Below, one piece after another: positions 38,416 to 51,311 of a stretch of DNA of 64,000 bases (positions are counted from its first letter, which is position 1; each line of letters starts with the position of its first letter). The translations under genes and the position numbers were made by a program. The stretch lies in the NCBI RefSeq assembly GCF_030144855.1, contig NC_082710.1, positions 48,794,001 through 48,858,000 on the forward strand, read 5' to 3'. Below the pieces are notes generated by a model, which worked only from the letters and a program-made list of their open reading frames with translations, was not told where the DNA came from and searched no databases. The stretch is from Hypanus sabinus (taxonomy: Eukaryota).

Positions 38416-41284
38416 TACTCCACAAATGAGTCAGGCTACCTGTGTACAGCTCTTTGTCACACGAACTGAATGGGTTGAAAATGGGTCTCGTGGTCAGGGA
38501 GAGACCCCATTCTCCTCCTCTTACTCTCACACACAATGCACTTGTTTGCCTCTAAGGAAGGGTTGTACATGGCCCCCAGCATTTTCATAATTGTAAGGTA
38601 TTATTCCTGGCATGATGTGGCAACATTGTAGATTACCAAATGATTGTTCAATCATGGTAATTCCATCCCACTCCTGAATCCCACACACTAAATTGGCCCC
38701 TCGGGTTTTGCTTTGTCTAGTGCTTCCTCCATCCACAACTTTCACTGAATGACAGTCTATAGGCATGAGATTACAGAAGCCCAGCTGTGTTAGAATATCT
38801 GTTCTTGTTATATCCCGTTAGATTCCCACACTAACTACTTCGGTGAGAAAAAGGGTTTTCACAAAAAAGGTGATGGTGGTTCCAACCAACTGCTTTCATG
38901 GGCATTAAATCTTGGACAAGGGATATCAGTTAAGATTGAGTTGAGTAATTATTCCCCACATTGATTCAGCACTAGCTACTGTTAGTCCAAACCACTTGTG
39001 TACTTGAGAACAACATCCATCCACTCTGCTCAACGGACTGCCTCCAATAAAAACATTAGAGCATATACAATGGTGAGAGTGTGTTTTCTCTCTGTGAACA
39101 AACTTGGACAAGTATTTTGGAGCCAATTGAGTATTAATGGGTTGGATTAAAAAAATTTTAAATTATCTTGGTTATCCAAGTAAGCAAAGATCATTATTTT
39201 ATAAGATAAAATGTACCAAAGATAAATTCATTTCACTATTCTTTTACAAATAATATTTTCTCCTAATGGTTAGTAGAGCAGTGTATCTATTGGTACTGAC
39301 ATCAAAACAAACTTTATAATTACTTCCCACGAGTTAAATAAAATTCTCAAATATAGGCAGATAGAGCCTAGTTGTGACTAAATGAATCAATAAAATATTA
39401 ATTCCTATCCATAAATTGTTCATGAAATCTATACAGTGGATCAAGTTTTCCACTCCTTCATGCATTTCACTCATTATGCAAGCCTCAGGACATAATGAAA
39501 GATATTAGAATGGAAAAAATTACAGCTTTTATCCATTTGAATAGCACATTTCACCATATAATAGGAAACGTCTCCATTCTAATAGTGTAAAACATTACAT
39601 CAATTGAATGTAAACTAATTGATTTTTTTGTTCCAGTTTGACATTTAATTGTATTTATTATGAAATAGAAAGTACGCCTCTACAAAGTATAGTATTGCAG
39701 ATAAACAGCTACATCTTATGCAGGGACAATGTGGACTTCTAACTGCCTGAATTCCATCAGCCATGAACAAATGAAATGCTCAATGAAGTCAGATGCCTAT
39801 GAAGACAAATGTACAGTGGAAGGTCCTTTTAAAGCCAGACATATGTTTACAAGTCAGCAATGAATTTTCTTTTCTAATTTCTCAATAACCCACTGAACCA
39901 TATACTGTACAAGCAAAACCAGTTGCACTTTTAAATAATTGTTTCTAACTTATAGACACCAATGCCTACATTTCTTTCATAATGGTTGGTCTAACAGTGT
40001 ATCCATAAAAGTAACCCAAAAGAATTGTGTAGTATCACTTTCACAAATTCAGCATGGAATTTTTGATAAAAGATGGACAACTCATAATAAATATTTCCCC
40101 AGATTTTCAGCATCTTTTCTTAAGAGTCAAAGAAGAGAGTCACTAAGAAAAGCCAGACAAATATTTCTCTGCTATAAATCAGGTCTTAAGGCTTACTTCC
40201 TCCACCAACATACCTGCAAGTCCCCCAACAGCTCTTGACAAATTGAAGGAATCACGGAACAGCAGCAAATTACATTAGATTAGAGATAGAGCAGGTAAAT
40301 ATGATTTATATTGAAGATGCATAAACTGTTCCACTTAGTGAAATACCAGCATACATCTGCAATCTAACTTTGTTATCCTCAACTTCCTACCTTGTAAAAT
40401 CAGTCATATCACACCTTCACCCGAGCTCAGATAGAACAGAAATTTCTGGGAGGGAGGCCTACAAGGTTAAATTGGTACTTGGCCGACACATATTTGCCCT
40501 CTCACTGACATCAATCCAATTTTAGAATATATATTTAAATAGTAGCCAACTAAGGGAAGACAGTTTTATGTAATGTTTCACTGAGACATTCAGCACCATC
40601 TGTCCACATGGCTACTATCTATACTGCTTGGCTACTAATAGAAGCTGATCTTCAAAAATATAAAATATACAAAGTGTTTTGTCAGCAAATTATATAGCAT
40701 GTTTCAAATGTGAAAGTTAATGCATTTTTCATCTTAACTGCTTGGCTAACTACATTTATCCTCAGACTAGATGTCTACAATCCATTTGATAATGATTTTC
40801 TTTTTAATTTATTCAAGTTCTCCAAAATGGCCAAATAATTTATCACAGATCCTCAGAATGTCCATTTAAAACCATATTTCATTGCAAACAGCAACCTAAT
40901 TCAGAGGTTATAAATTATTCAAAAGATTATACAGGGGGTTAGTTTTTACAAAAAAAAGATATCACATTTCATTTTCAACAACTGTTCTTTCAAATATTGC
41001 TAATACTAATCCAACAAAAAGAATATGTGAAATCCTTCAACAATAAAATTAGCCATTTTAAGATGTATCCACCCTCACACTGCCCCTGCAATCACAAAAT
41101 GTGGATATTATTGAATCTTTAGTGTCCAATCTACATTACCCCTCAACTCAGTGACTTAAAAAGCTATTTCAGGGTAATTAAGAATCGACAGCATTGTTGT
41201 GTATGGAGTCAGATACAAGCCAAATTGAGCAATTTTCTTCCACATTCGATATTAAGAACCAGTGAGCTTTAATGTCAACCCACT

Positions 41285-41695
41285 AGAACACAGAAACTAC
41301 AGCACGGGAAAAGGCCCATCAGCCCATGACCTTGTACTGAATGTCTAATTAGTAATCAAATTCTCAACTAAACTAATCCCTTCTGTCCACACAAAACTGG
41401 GGGAACTTGGCAGACCAGGCAGCATCTATGGAGAAGAATAAACAGTCAATATTTCAGGCTGAGATCTGTCTACATAATGTACATATCCTTCTATTTCCCT
41501 GCTCATCCATGTGTCCAGGAGCCTCTTGTATGTCTCTATTGTATTTGCTTCCACCACCTGAGCTAGAACATTCCAGGCACCGACTACTCTCAGGGTAAAT
41601 CATTTGCCAAGCATCCCTCCTTTTAACTTACCCCTCTGGTGTTACTTTTCAATTCTGGGGAAAAATATTCTAGCTATCTAGCTTCTCATAATTTG
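41285..41695 (-). mobile_element. CR1 3' end with an embedded Penelope terminal-repeat piece (~41390-41470)
   Basis: TAGAACACAGAAACTACAGCACGG 3' UTR; GCAGCATCTATGGAGAAGAATAAACAGTCAA is Penelope repeat in reverse. Confidence 0.6.
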
Positions 41696-42030
41696 GATTA
41701 GATTAGTTTAAACTTTGTCATTGTGCTGAGTACAGATACAAAGCCAAATTAAATGCAGTTAACATCTAACCAGAAGTGCAAAGAATAGTGTAATTGACAA
41801 AATAGCTGAGAATAAAAAGCAAGTGCTACAGCACACAAATATAAAAGTACTGAGACAGTACAATATAGGTGCAATACTGCTTAGCTCTGTGATGTGAGGT
41901 TCAGCAGGGTCACAGCCTCAGAGAAGAAGCTCTTCCTGTGCCTGCAGGTGCAGGAGCAGAGGCTCCTGTAGCGCCTACCGGATGGGAGAAGAGTAAAAAG
42001 TCCACGGTTAGGGTGAGATGCATCCTTGAT
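41696..42030 (-). mobile_element. Rex1/Babar-type 3' end
   Basis: GATTAGATTAG tail and minus-strand FTLLPSGRRYRSL C-terminal motif. Confidence 0.7.
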
Positions 42031-42099
42031 AATTAATTAACACATCAGATCTTCCTCACCCTTGGCCACTCCAGAGAATATTTCTATTCCTGCACTGAC

Positions 42100-42785
42100 T
42101 AGTGATAACCGGGAGCAATCCAGAGAATACTACCTTTGAGGTTCCATGTTTTAGCATCTTTCCCATTTCCTGGTACTCAGTGCACAGGACCTCTTCTACG
42201 AACGTCATGGTTGCCAACATGCATCATGACATCTGGCTGCTCACCCTTCCCTTCAAGAAGGTTCTGCAGCCACTGAAGCATTCACATCTATGGCACTCAG
42301 CAGGCCAGACACCATCCTAATGTCTCTTTGGCAGCCGCAGAATTTGCTGTCTGTTCCCTTAACTTTTGAGTCTCCCATCACAGTTGCTTGGCCTGGACTT
42401 ACCTTCCTCGGAGCCTTGGACAGTAGACTAGCCACAGTGTCAGCTGGCTGCTGCTGTGTCCTGGCAAGTCATCCACCCTACCAGTATCCAATATACCTGC
42501 TGATGAGCGGAATAGCCAAAGGAAGGTCTGCACGGTCTCTTGCCCTTAACCCTCCTATTGGTCATCCAACTATCTGCCGGTAGGCGTGACCACCACACTG
42601 AAATGCTTATCTATGATGTTCTCAGCAGCTTGGGTAATTCTACATCCAACAGCAGCTCTAGTTCCTTCACAAAGTCAGTCAGGAGCTGCAGCTGAACACA
42701 CTTCCTACAGGAAGTCATTAGGGATGCTGGGCGATTCCCTGATCTCCCACATCCTGCAGGAACATCATACCACTTCCCTGATATC
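42100..42785 (-). mobile_element. CR1 ORF1 remnant (zinc-finger/coiled coil plus SGNH esterase)
   Basis: CRKCVQLQLLTDFVKELELLLD and ATVMGDSKVKGTDSKFCG...MVSGL (ORFs 42611..42823, 42253..42435). Confidence 0.75.
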
Positions 42786-43179
42786 CCAACTACTCTGTTG
42801 GGAGTAATTTCTCTAACTACCATTGTTCAATTTACAAATCTTCATTAACACCATTCACTCCTTAGAGTTGTCAATGGACCAAACCACTTTTCATTGTTCC
42901 ACTCTCCAAACATGAGAATTTGCTGTACCGTACTGAAATGTACAGCATTTCTGACTTAATGTTTCACTTAACAAATTGCTCCAGGAAATCTTATTTTAGA
43001 AATCACTCTTTATAAAAACTACCATTTTTATCCCAGTCTGAATGACTTGAATTCCTCAGATGTAGTGATGGGAATCAAACTGATGTCACTAGATCAGTAG
43101 TTCAGGCCTCTAGCCAATAAGCTATCCCACTTTTAACAGCGTGTAAAATGAAACCAATACAAAACCACTTGCACTGAAC

Positions 43180-43280
43180 GCCTGTCGAAGGGTCTCTATC
43201 CGAAATGTCAACTGTACTCTCTTCCATAGGTGCTGCTTGGCCTGGGGATTTCCTCCAGCTTTGTGTGCATATTGCACTGA
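43180..43280 (+). mobile_element. Penelope terminal-repeat fragment, mutated hammerhead
   Basis: CCTGTCGAAGGGTCTCTATCCGAAATGTCAACTG...TGCTGCTTGGCCTG. Confidence 0.65.
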
Positions 43281-45431
43281 AGCAAACTCCTTCACCGAAA
43301 CAATGTGCACTCTACATTGAACATTTTTATTCCACATTATATGTACTACATACAGTTGAAAGGCAGCCAGCGATGGATCAATTTTTCAAATTCACAATGC
43401 ATTTCATCAGCTTCTACTTAGAAGCTTTAAGTGCCTGAATGAATGATTATGGCCAAAGTGACAAGGCCATGTACATGACACGTTATATTATTTAAATAGT
43501 AATTCATCCATTATACATTCTTCCATTATTCAAACAGTAATTCTTATATTATACATTCCAATATATATCCTTATGCCCTTTCAGAGTTTGCTTTGATTCA
43601 GGTAACTACTTCAATCAGTTCTCCAGTCTAGAATGCTTAGGATAGTATAACTTCTCAGAAATTGGATTGGAACAGGAACATTAATATACAAATTTTCCAA
43701 TGAACCACAATTAAAGGCTCATACTCCCCTTTTGTCCAGAGTAATTTTATCATCAATTCCCCTGTCAAGTCAATATAGTTAAATAACAAGAGGGATTTCA
43801 AAAACTATACAAAGGGCATTTTTGTTTGAAGTGGGTGGTTACATGATTAAAGGATTTGAGTTTTTGAAAAAAAGTGTCAAGTGTGCGTGCCACCTAAACA
43901 TGCAATGTTAACCTATTCATCTGAAATTTTACAATCATCTTAAGAAATTTAAATCACCCAGATTTTATGACATACCCTAAGCAAATCAACAACTGCCTTG
44001 AACACCAACATTCATAATACAGATAACAAATTGAACTTGAAACGCCAATTTAAGTATAATAGCAGCTCATCATCGATTATATATAATGGCTTTTATCACC
44101 ACAGAAAATTTATTGCTTTTAGTGTCCCAATTCTTACTTTTATATCAAAGTTAATAACCTTGTATTACAGACTTGTCTTCAGTGAAACCAAATTTAAAAT
44201 CATTTTATAATTTTAAAACCACCTATATTTCATTTCTGACATTCCTTTTAGCACAAAAGATTTAAATACTGCCAGATGGGATCCATTAAATTAAGAAAAC
44301 TCTTTGTAGGCAAATAATTCTTCATGGCCCGACCAAAAGGACAAATATGTCATCACTGCAATTTAAAAACGATGCATCATTCAACTGATTCTGGATTTAG
44401 AAGAAAATTCATTAAAATTTACCATTTGAAACTATGTATGTTCATAGGACAATTATTATTTTAATTAAACTTAAAACTTCAATGTAGATTACCTGATACA
44501 ATTTGTAAAATCTGAGGTTGCATTTAGATTATCCATTATTAAATCATACAAAACTATTAGTCTGTTTTTTAAATTTCATTAGCCAAATTTATACATTTTC
44601 AAGCAGATGGGTTTTTAACATTCAAGCACGCATTTCTAATTTCAATTGTTGGAAAGATTGTTTCAGTGCATAATGCAATTACATCGAAAAAGTAATTTTC
44701 TCCTTTATTCCATCATTGTCAACACTTTCTCATTTCCAATGTGTTAAACATATAAGGAAGAGTAATAAACAAATGCTGAGAATAAACGTTCATAGGATTC
44801 CTAGTATTGGACTGTCCTACATTCAAGCATCTCAATCAAATTGCACAATAGAAAAAAAAAGTAACCAGAAACATGTGGGACATGAACCGAAGAATCCTCC
44901 AAAAGCAAGGATGTGAAACTGTTCAGTGCTGAGGATATTAAACATCAAACCATGGAGTCCCCCCATAAAGAGACTTACAGCCATGCACTGGGTCGCTGAG
45001 GTGATTAAACCCAAGAATCCTACACTTCCCTCTGGCAGCAGTGAAAGGCAGACTGGTTGAACACAGGCACTGAACACCACTCACCTTCTGTCTCACTCTC
45101 ATCAGTTCCAACCTTGCTCAATATATTAACCAGTGAGGAGTAATGAAGCCAATCGTGGGTTCACGTTCCACCATTAGGAAACAATGGCCACGCACTCTGC
45201 TCTCCATCTCTCTGCATTCCCCAGGAGACAGCGCAAGTGCCAGATTGCTCAATCAGCCCAAAGACATATCAAAATGGAAATTACAGACTATTTAGTACAG
45301 CTAAGAAATACGTTTAAAAGTAACAGTTTCATAAGCAGCCTTCAGGATGTCACCATTGGTCAAAGCATTGTAATCAAAATTGCTATGTTGCTATCATGCA
45401 AGTACATAAAATGCAGATTTCAACGTATAAT

Positions 45432-45935
45432 TTGGGGTATATGGGGTGTCGAGGGAGGGGTAGCACCTCTGGTGAAGGGGCTTGTCATGTCCATTCTGGG
45501 GCAGCTCAATCACCTTTAGTCCCGAACAGACACTCAGCTCTCACTTGTGGCTCCAAGTAGCTGTTTGCGTGTGACAGCGGCCACATCCCAGGTGGGCTAA
45601 ACAAGATGAGGCCAGCCAGCGGCCTCATACCCCAGTGAGTTAACGACGTGCCCATCCCAGCTTGCGATGTCATCTCATCTACAGTGCGATCCAACAGCCA
45701 GGAAGGCGGTATGGCAGCACTCCGTGGAGAGTGACGGGCGTGACAGCACACACAAGTAGTCACGGTCATCAACTGCAACCCAGGAAGACCCCCTGCTTGT
45801 GATGTGTGCTTGTGTCACCGGACTCTGACTTCTCAGGTCAAGAGAGTGGAACTGCCCCAGTGCAACGGATTTTCACTTTCAAAACTCTCCTGCGCAGGTT
45901 TCTTGTCACCATGGGACACAAAGGACCACCACCGT
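45432..45935 (+). mobile_element. ORF-less ~500-bp retroposon (RTE 5' UTR-like) with 7-bp TSD
   Basis: GTATAAT direct repeats at 45425-45431 and 45936-45942; (ACC)n tail; second copy at 13519-13897. Confidence 0.7.
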
Positions 45936-46351
45936 GTATAATCATTTACTGAGAATTAACATTCATTATGATGATATTTGATAAATGTAACTCAACTAAA
46001 CAAATGTTATGATACATTCCTCAGCATTTTTATTGAACTATTTGAAGAGTATCCAGATTTAATTACTATAGTTTGAATATCCCATAAATATAGGTACAGC
46101 TGAGCATCTCATAAGCAGCAGCAAGTTATGTGAATACTTGCCAGCTTCTCCAGGTTACTAGGTTAACATGGGAACCAGAACTTCTCCAATCAACATTTTC
46201 AAATTGAGTTCTACCCTCCCAGATTTTAATCTGCATTAACTGACCAGGCAGAGTATTGCTTGCAATTACTGAAACAGAAAGCATTACACTTTCGAGGCAA
46301 GTAATCGAGGGGACAGACACATGTTGGCCTACCAAAGCAACCTTAAATACA

Positions 46352-47042
46352 CCAAGTCACTTTTTTATTGTCATTTCGACCATAACTGCTGGTACAGTAC
46401 ACAGTAAAAATGAGACAACGTTTTTCAGGACCATGGTGCTACATGAACAATGCAAAAACACGGAACTATGTAAACCAACACAAAAACTACACTAGACTAC
46501 AGACCTACCCAGGACTGCATAAAGTGCACAGAACAGTGCAGGCATTACAATAAATAATAAACAAGACAATAGGCACAGCAGAGGGCAGTAGGTTGGTAGT
46601 CCAGTGGCTTGGGGGAAAAACCTGTAACATCCGGTGCCTGGGATTCCATCCGTTTCTGTACTCCTGCCGAGTATTTCGTTGCTACAGATGTAGTCTAATT
46701 TAATGTCCATTGGAGAGCAGAATGGACAGGAGGGCCAGCCGGCTAGGGCTTGCTTTGAGCCTGGCACGGACTCTTGTCCGCTCACCTTGCTTCCACACAC
46801 ACCGCTTACGATGCCCCCAACTCCAGTCACCTGATTCCGTCAGCAAGCCGAGGTCGTGCAAACTACCCAGCAGATCTTCATGAAGGTTTGTTTTTGGGGA
46901 AACTCTGTATTGTAGCAGTATCTAGCGATAGTCACTCTGTTATCCATTGCCCTAAACCCTAATTGTGCCTTAAAATTAAATTTAAAAACTAAATTAAAGT
47001 AGCACCAGATCCAAAAGGCCGCTGCTGCCGTGCGCCGCGCTG
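46352..47042 (-). mobile_element. Internally deleted Rex1/Babar LINE (5' UTR plus start of ORF joined to the 3' end)
   Basis: GC-rich 5' end and RARLKASPSRLALLSILLSN...KLDYI (start of the endonuclease), fused to ..RFFPQA and a 3' UTR ending GACTTG. Confidence 0.7.
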
Positions 47043-47062
47043 CCTACAGTCAGTGATGTTGT

Positions 47063-47275
47063 CAGAATCAGATTTAATATCACTGGTACATGTGGTGAAA
47101 TCTGTTATGCGGCAGCAGTGCATAGCTGAGTTACAGTAAATATATAATAATTTAAAAAGTAATGCAAAGTAGTGAAGTAGTCTTCACGGATTCAATGCCC
47201 ATTCAGATTCAGGTGGCAGAGGGGAAGGAGTTGAGTGTGTGCTTTCAGGCTTCTGTACCTCCTCCCTGATGGTTC
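47063..47275 (-). mobile_element. Rex1/Babar 3' end
   Basis: CAGAATCAGA tail; homologous to 20860-21120. Confidence 0.7.
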
Positions 47276-49649
47276 TAAATGAGATTCTAAATATTACTAG
47301 TGAAAAGTTTTCAGCAGCATGAAACATTTGGCACGATCCAGAAAATGTAAAACATTACAGTGAGATGTAACTGGAATTTATTATTGTCACATGTACTACG
47401 GCAGTGACAACTTGCTAAGCACCAGGATTCTAACTCTGGAAATCTGAGGAAGTGTGTTGAAAGGATGCTTAATTTTCACCGCTTACACTTGCAATAGGTA
47501 AGACTACATGTGCATGAGAATAAGATAATCAAAAGGGCAAATCAGGTTCAAAATCCCTGTCAGCCCCACGCTCTTACATTGACAGACATAAAGTCTAACT
47601 TACTTTCCAGAATTTGAACAGGTGTGAGAACAGTTTCAAGGACTGATTGCAACAATTCCAAACCAGGTAGCTTAACCAGACTGAAGCTTCGCCTCCAAGG
47701 ATATTATAGTTGTGCCAAAACCTCATATTAGAGAAGAGTCAGACTAGTGATTTCAGTCAATGGGAGGCCATCCACTGCACTGGTGGTCAAGTTGTAATGT
47801 GCACAAGACAACTTTCTCATTGTGAAACATAACAGAAAGAAAAATAAACCCGAGATACACAACCACAGAAGCAAACTGCCCATTAGGTGAAGATGGCTCT
47901 CACTCTCTATTATTAGACGGCTACTGGCATTCCAGATCACCCATTTGCAGGTCTAACGGAGGCTGGGTTGGAAGAAAAGTGTTCATTGTAAGATATTATA
48001 CTCTGGGGGAAAAAAGTGTAAACACCAAAATTATTCTACGTTTAAGTGTAACAAGTACAATCAATCTGATAATTTTTTTATTAAAAAAACTTCTTGCAAG
48101 TCCATAAAGTCCACTTGGCATAACAAAATTTAGTTAATCTCTTGAAGCTACATTAAACCAGATCACTGTCATAAAAGAAACCAGGTGTTTTTTTTAAAAA
48201 AAACTTTTGTGCCAACCAAAACCTAAATTGAAATACAAGGCTCTGATGCATCTTAACTAATCCGTTTGCCCTGACCCAACTAACAGTAAAACAGAAATTC
48301 AGAAAGTTCATATGTTCCCGATTCAGGATTTGATGTACAGCTGCATGGATGCTGCCTGAAATGTTTAGCATTCCAACATTGTCTGAAAGGGTTAAGTTTA
48401 AGTGAAAGCATACACATGCACCCTGCTAGAATATCACCATCCATTCTTATAGGCGGATCAAAAGAAATACTTGAGATTGCAATATATACGGTATATAAAA
48501 TTTTAAAGAATCAGTACTGTATCTCGTCTCTTTTCAGGGCGCTTTTCTTCACAGCAAGAGGACACACGCAGCCTTATCGCCGTGCGTTCAAAAGCAGGCT
48601 GTAAAAAAGCCAACTGAAAATAAACTCCATCTAAACAGCATTATCTTCACAGCGTTTGACTCCCCACCAAATGGCAGAGCCCAGGAAATTTGCCTTTGAA
48701 CAACAGGAAACGTAAGCATCTGTCACCTCCCATTGAGAAGAAAATGGATTAGAGGGACCGACAAAGAATTCCTCAGGAAGACATCGCTCTAAATATGCAA
48801 CGGGAGTAACACGCGCAACCTAATCTGCAACATCGTTCAGCGAATACCCGGACAGAAATAGTGCAGTGTAATTTTCATTTCTAACCATCAGGCTAGAAAG
48901 CACATGTATCTAATTAAATTAGGTCCCCTTCCATCCAATGTCTCCAATACACACCAAACTCAAATTATTCTTTTAACCGTGGCACACAAGACGATGCTCC
49001 TAAACACTACGTTGAAAGCTGCCCTCCCCCCAACACACTTTCCTGAACTCCCAATTCCAATGCTATTAATTCCACTTCAACGTCTGCAAAGTTAAATAAA
49101 ATACAGGAAATCGTTCGACCAAAATTAGCCTCGAATGAATGTAATCACCTTATCCCTCAGGTACTTAAAACTTTCGCAACCACATTTTTGTTTTTGAAAA
49201 AAATGCATCAGCAGCCTAATCCAAAAGAAGACTTGCATGTACCAAACGGAAATCTGGAAAAACTATAACTCACAAACAAGGGTCAAATGTTAATCACTGA
49301 GTTTAGTAACCTCTAAAAACAATTGTATTGCTTGTTAACATGAAGCGCGATGTTTCCCGATCCCAAACGTGGATTCGTCAAAGCAGACAGGAAATGAGAA
49401 GTTTATTCGAGTTTACCTATTTCAGCATTGTTTGCTGGGAACACATAAAGGGGGAAGAGAGGGGGGAAAAAAACATAGTTTCTCCGTGCAAATATTTTGC
49501 AAAGTTAGCTGCACACCACTCAAGTTTTACTTTTTTAAAAAAAAGTTATTGTAAAGAGGCTTAAACGCTATTGTGAACTAAATTCTCAATGGTTCTGATT
49601 TGAAATGTTCCAAGTTGCAGTTTCGAGTTAAGTAATGCATTTTTTCACC

Positions 49650-50300
49650 TCTACAAACTAAATTCTCCGGTCCGCCTTCAAAATTCTTACCTGTGGAAAT
49701 CTCTCCGAAAAGTGGGCAGCACATAAACAGAAGCAGCGCGATGTATTTCCCAGAGAGCGTCGACTTTATGCTGGCTTTGTACATCACTCGTTAGTTCAAC
49801 GCACCCAGAGCAACTATAAAATAAGCGACCTGGCCGTGTTCATCCAAGAGGTTGAGCGGTGCCCCCCAGGGAGACCCAACCACGAGAGAGAGAGCAACAG
49901 CAAACTGCACCGTTCTAGAAAGCCGCTGGTCTCCTCTGCAGATTCCCTCCCAGTGCAGCATCAAAAGCTCAGCTGCCACCGACTTGGTCAAATTCGGCTT
50001 CTCAGCGAAGCTTTTGCAACATCTCCTGCAGCCGAGAGAGCGCACGATTTATGGTCCTGCACCGTCTTTTCCCCCCCTCTCACGCTCAAACTTTGGGTCT
50101 GTGTACGTGTGCGCGCCACCCCCCGAGGGCGCGCGCCGTGCGCGGGCTCCCGAGTTCGGTGAGACCCCCGGAGCGCGCGCCCGCGAGCCAGGCGTCAAGC
50201 CCCAGAAGAACACAACGCCCCTTAGTAGAAGATAACAGCGCGGCCTACAGGTGGGGAAATGCAGTCCACGGGGCTGGGTAAGGATTCTCCGACGATGCAT
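49650..50300 (-). promoter_or_regulatory. CpG island promoter with TATA-like box
   Basis: The densest CpG/GC-rich non-repeat stretch in the window. GCGCGCG tracts at 50110-50190; CATAAAT on the minus strand at 50047-50053; strong donor downstream. Confidence 0.8.
49691..49784 (-). CDS. First coding exon of an unidentified secreted/membrane protein (signal-peptide-like MYKASIKSTLSGKYIALLLFMCCPLFGEIST)
   Basis: ATG with G at -3, basic N-region plus hydrophobic core, and a phase-1 donor ACAG|GTAAGA at 49691/49690 inside the CpG island. Confidence 0.6.
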
Positions 50301-50829
50301 AGCAACAGAAAAAGGAAACACACAAGTTAATCTACTCTTATTTCTTTGTCCGGTGTTCAGTCCTACACTGCTCTCCCTTTTAATTATAGATATTGCAACA
50401 AAAACTATTCGATTATTTTATAATTGTGACACTTTTTAATTTTACCGTGCCATCAGATTGTTAACTTAGGTGTCAGGAGGGTTGCACAGCACAGCAGAGT
50501 TGGGTTAAATCTCAATTATTTGTGGTCCATTTTCTAGAAAGGATAAAAAGGCAATACAAAAGGCAGTAAAAGAGATTGGCTAAATTTATACAGGAACTTT
50601 AAGGTTATAACTATCAGAAAAAGAGGCTGCATCTTTTGGAAAATGATGGGCACTTCATTGGGTCATACAGCATGGAAAGAGGCCCTTTAGCCTAAATTGT
50701 CCATGCTAACCAAGATAAAATACCTCATAAAGGGAGAAAAGCACAATCAGTGGCAAGGCAGTGCACAATCCAACAAACGGTTCGAGTTATTGTCTTGAGT
50801 GTTCTGCTTGCCATCACATGCTCCTGTTG

Positions 50830-51311
50830 GACATTGGACATGTAGAATACTATGAGTCTGATTCACTGGGGCATAGGAAAGACCAATGAAGGGGGAGCTG
50901 CATTGCTTCGGTTGTTGTGTGGATAAGGTCCTCATGCCGTGGTGTCACCTGTTGCAACCGCCCAGCAGAGGACATGCCAGAGGTGGTGGAGAAGAGAGCA
51001 AAGGCATCTGTGGGTACACTGGAATCAATACTGTGTTGGGGACTGGCCTCTCCCATCAGTGAAATCCTCCAGTGCCCTCAGGTGTACGCTCAATGGAAGA
51101 ACAAACTGGACTGGGACAACTTGCCATCAATCTATACTTGGCCTATATATTTTTTTTCTTTGTGACTATATGCTTTTCTGCTGTCATAACCATATGTACT
51201 ATTTGTGCTGTGTGCTGTAGGTAATGTGTTTTTCAGCTTGGCCGCAGAAGAATGCTATTTTGTTTGGCTATACTTATGTATGGTTGAATGATACTTAAAC
51301 TTGAGCTTGAG
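50830..51311 (+). mobile_element. Rex1/Babar 3' part
   Basis: ESD...YLGHRKDQWRG-like remnant; tail AAACTTGAGCTTGA. Confidence 0.6.

Noticed and set aside
33827-49784. Naming the gene (TEK-, PLOD- or PTPRK-like resemblances of a few residues)
   Set aside because: Matches are limited to 4-6 residues and the rest is inconsistent.
49836-50321. Overlapping 76-127-aa ORFs across the CpG island
   Set aside because: Expected by-product of high GC; low-complexity Arg/Ala/Pro content.
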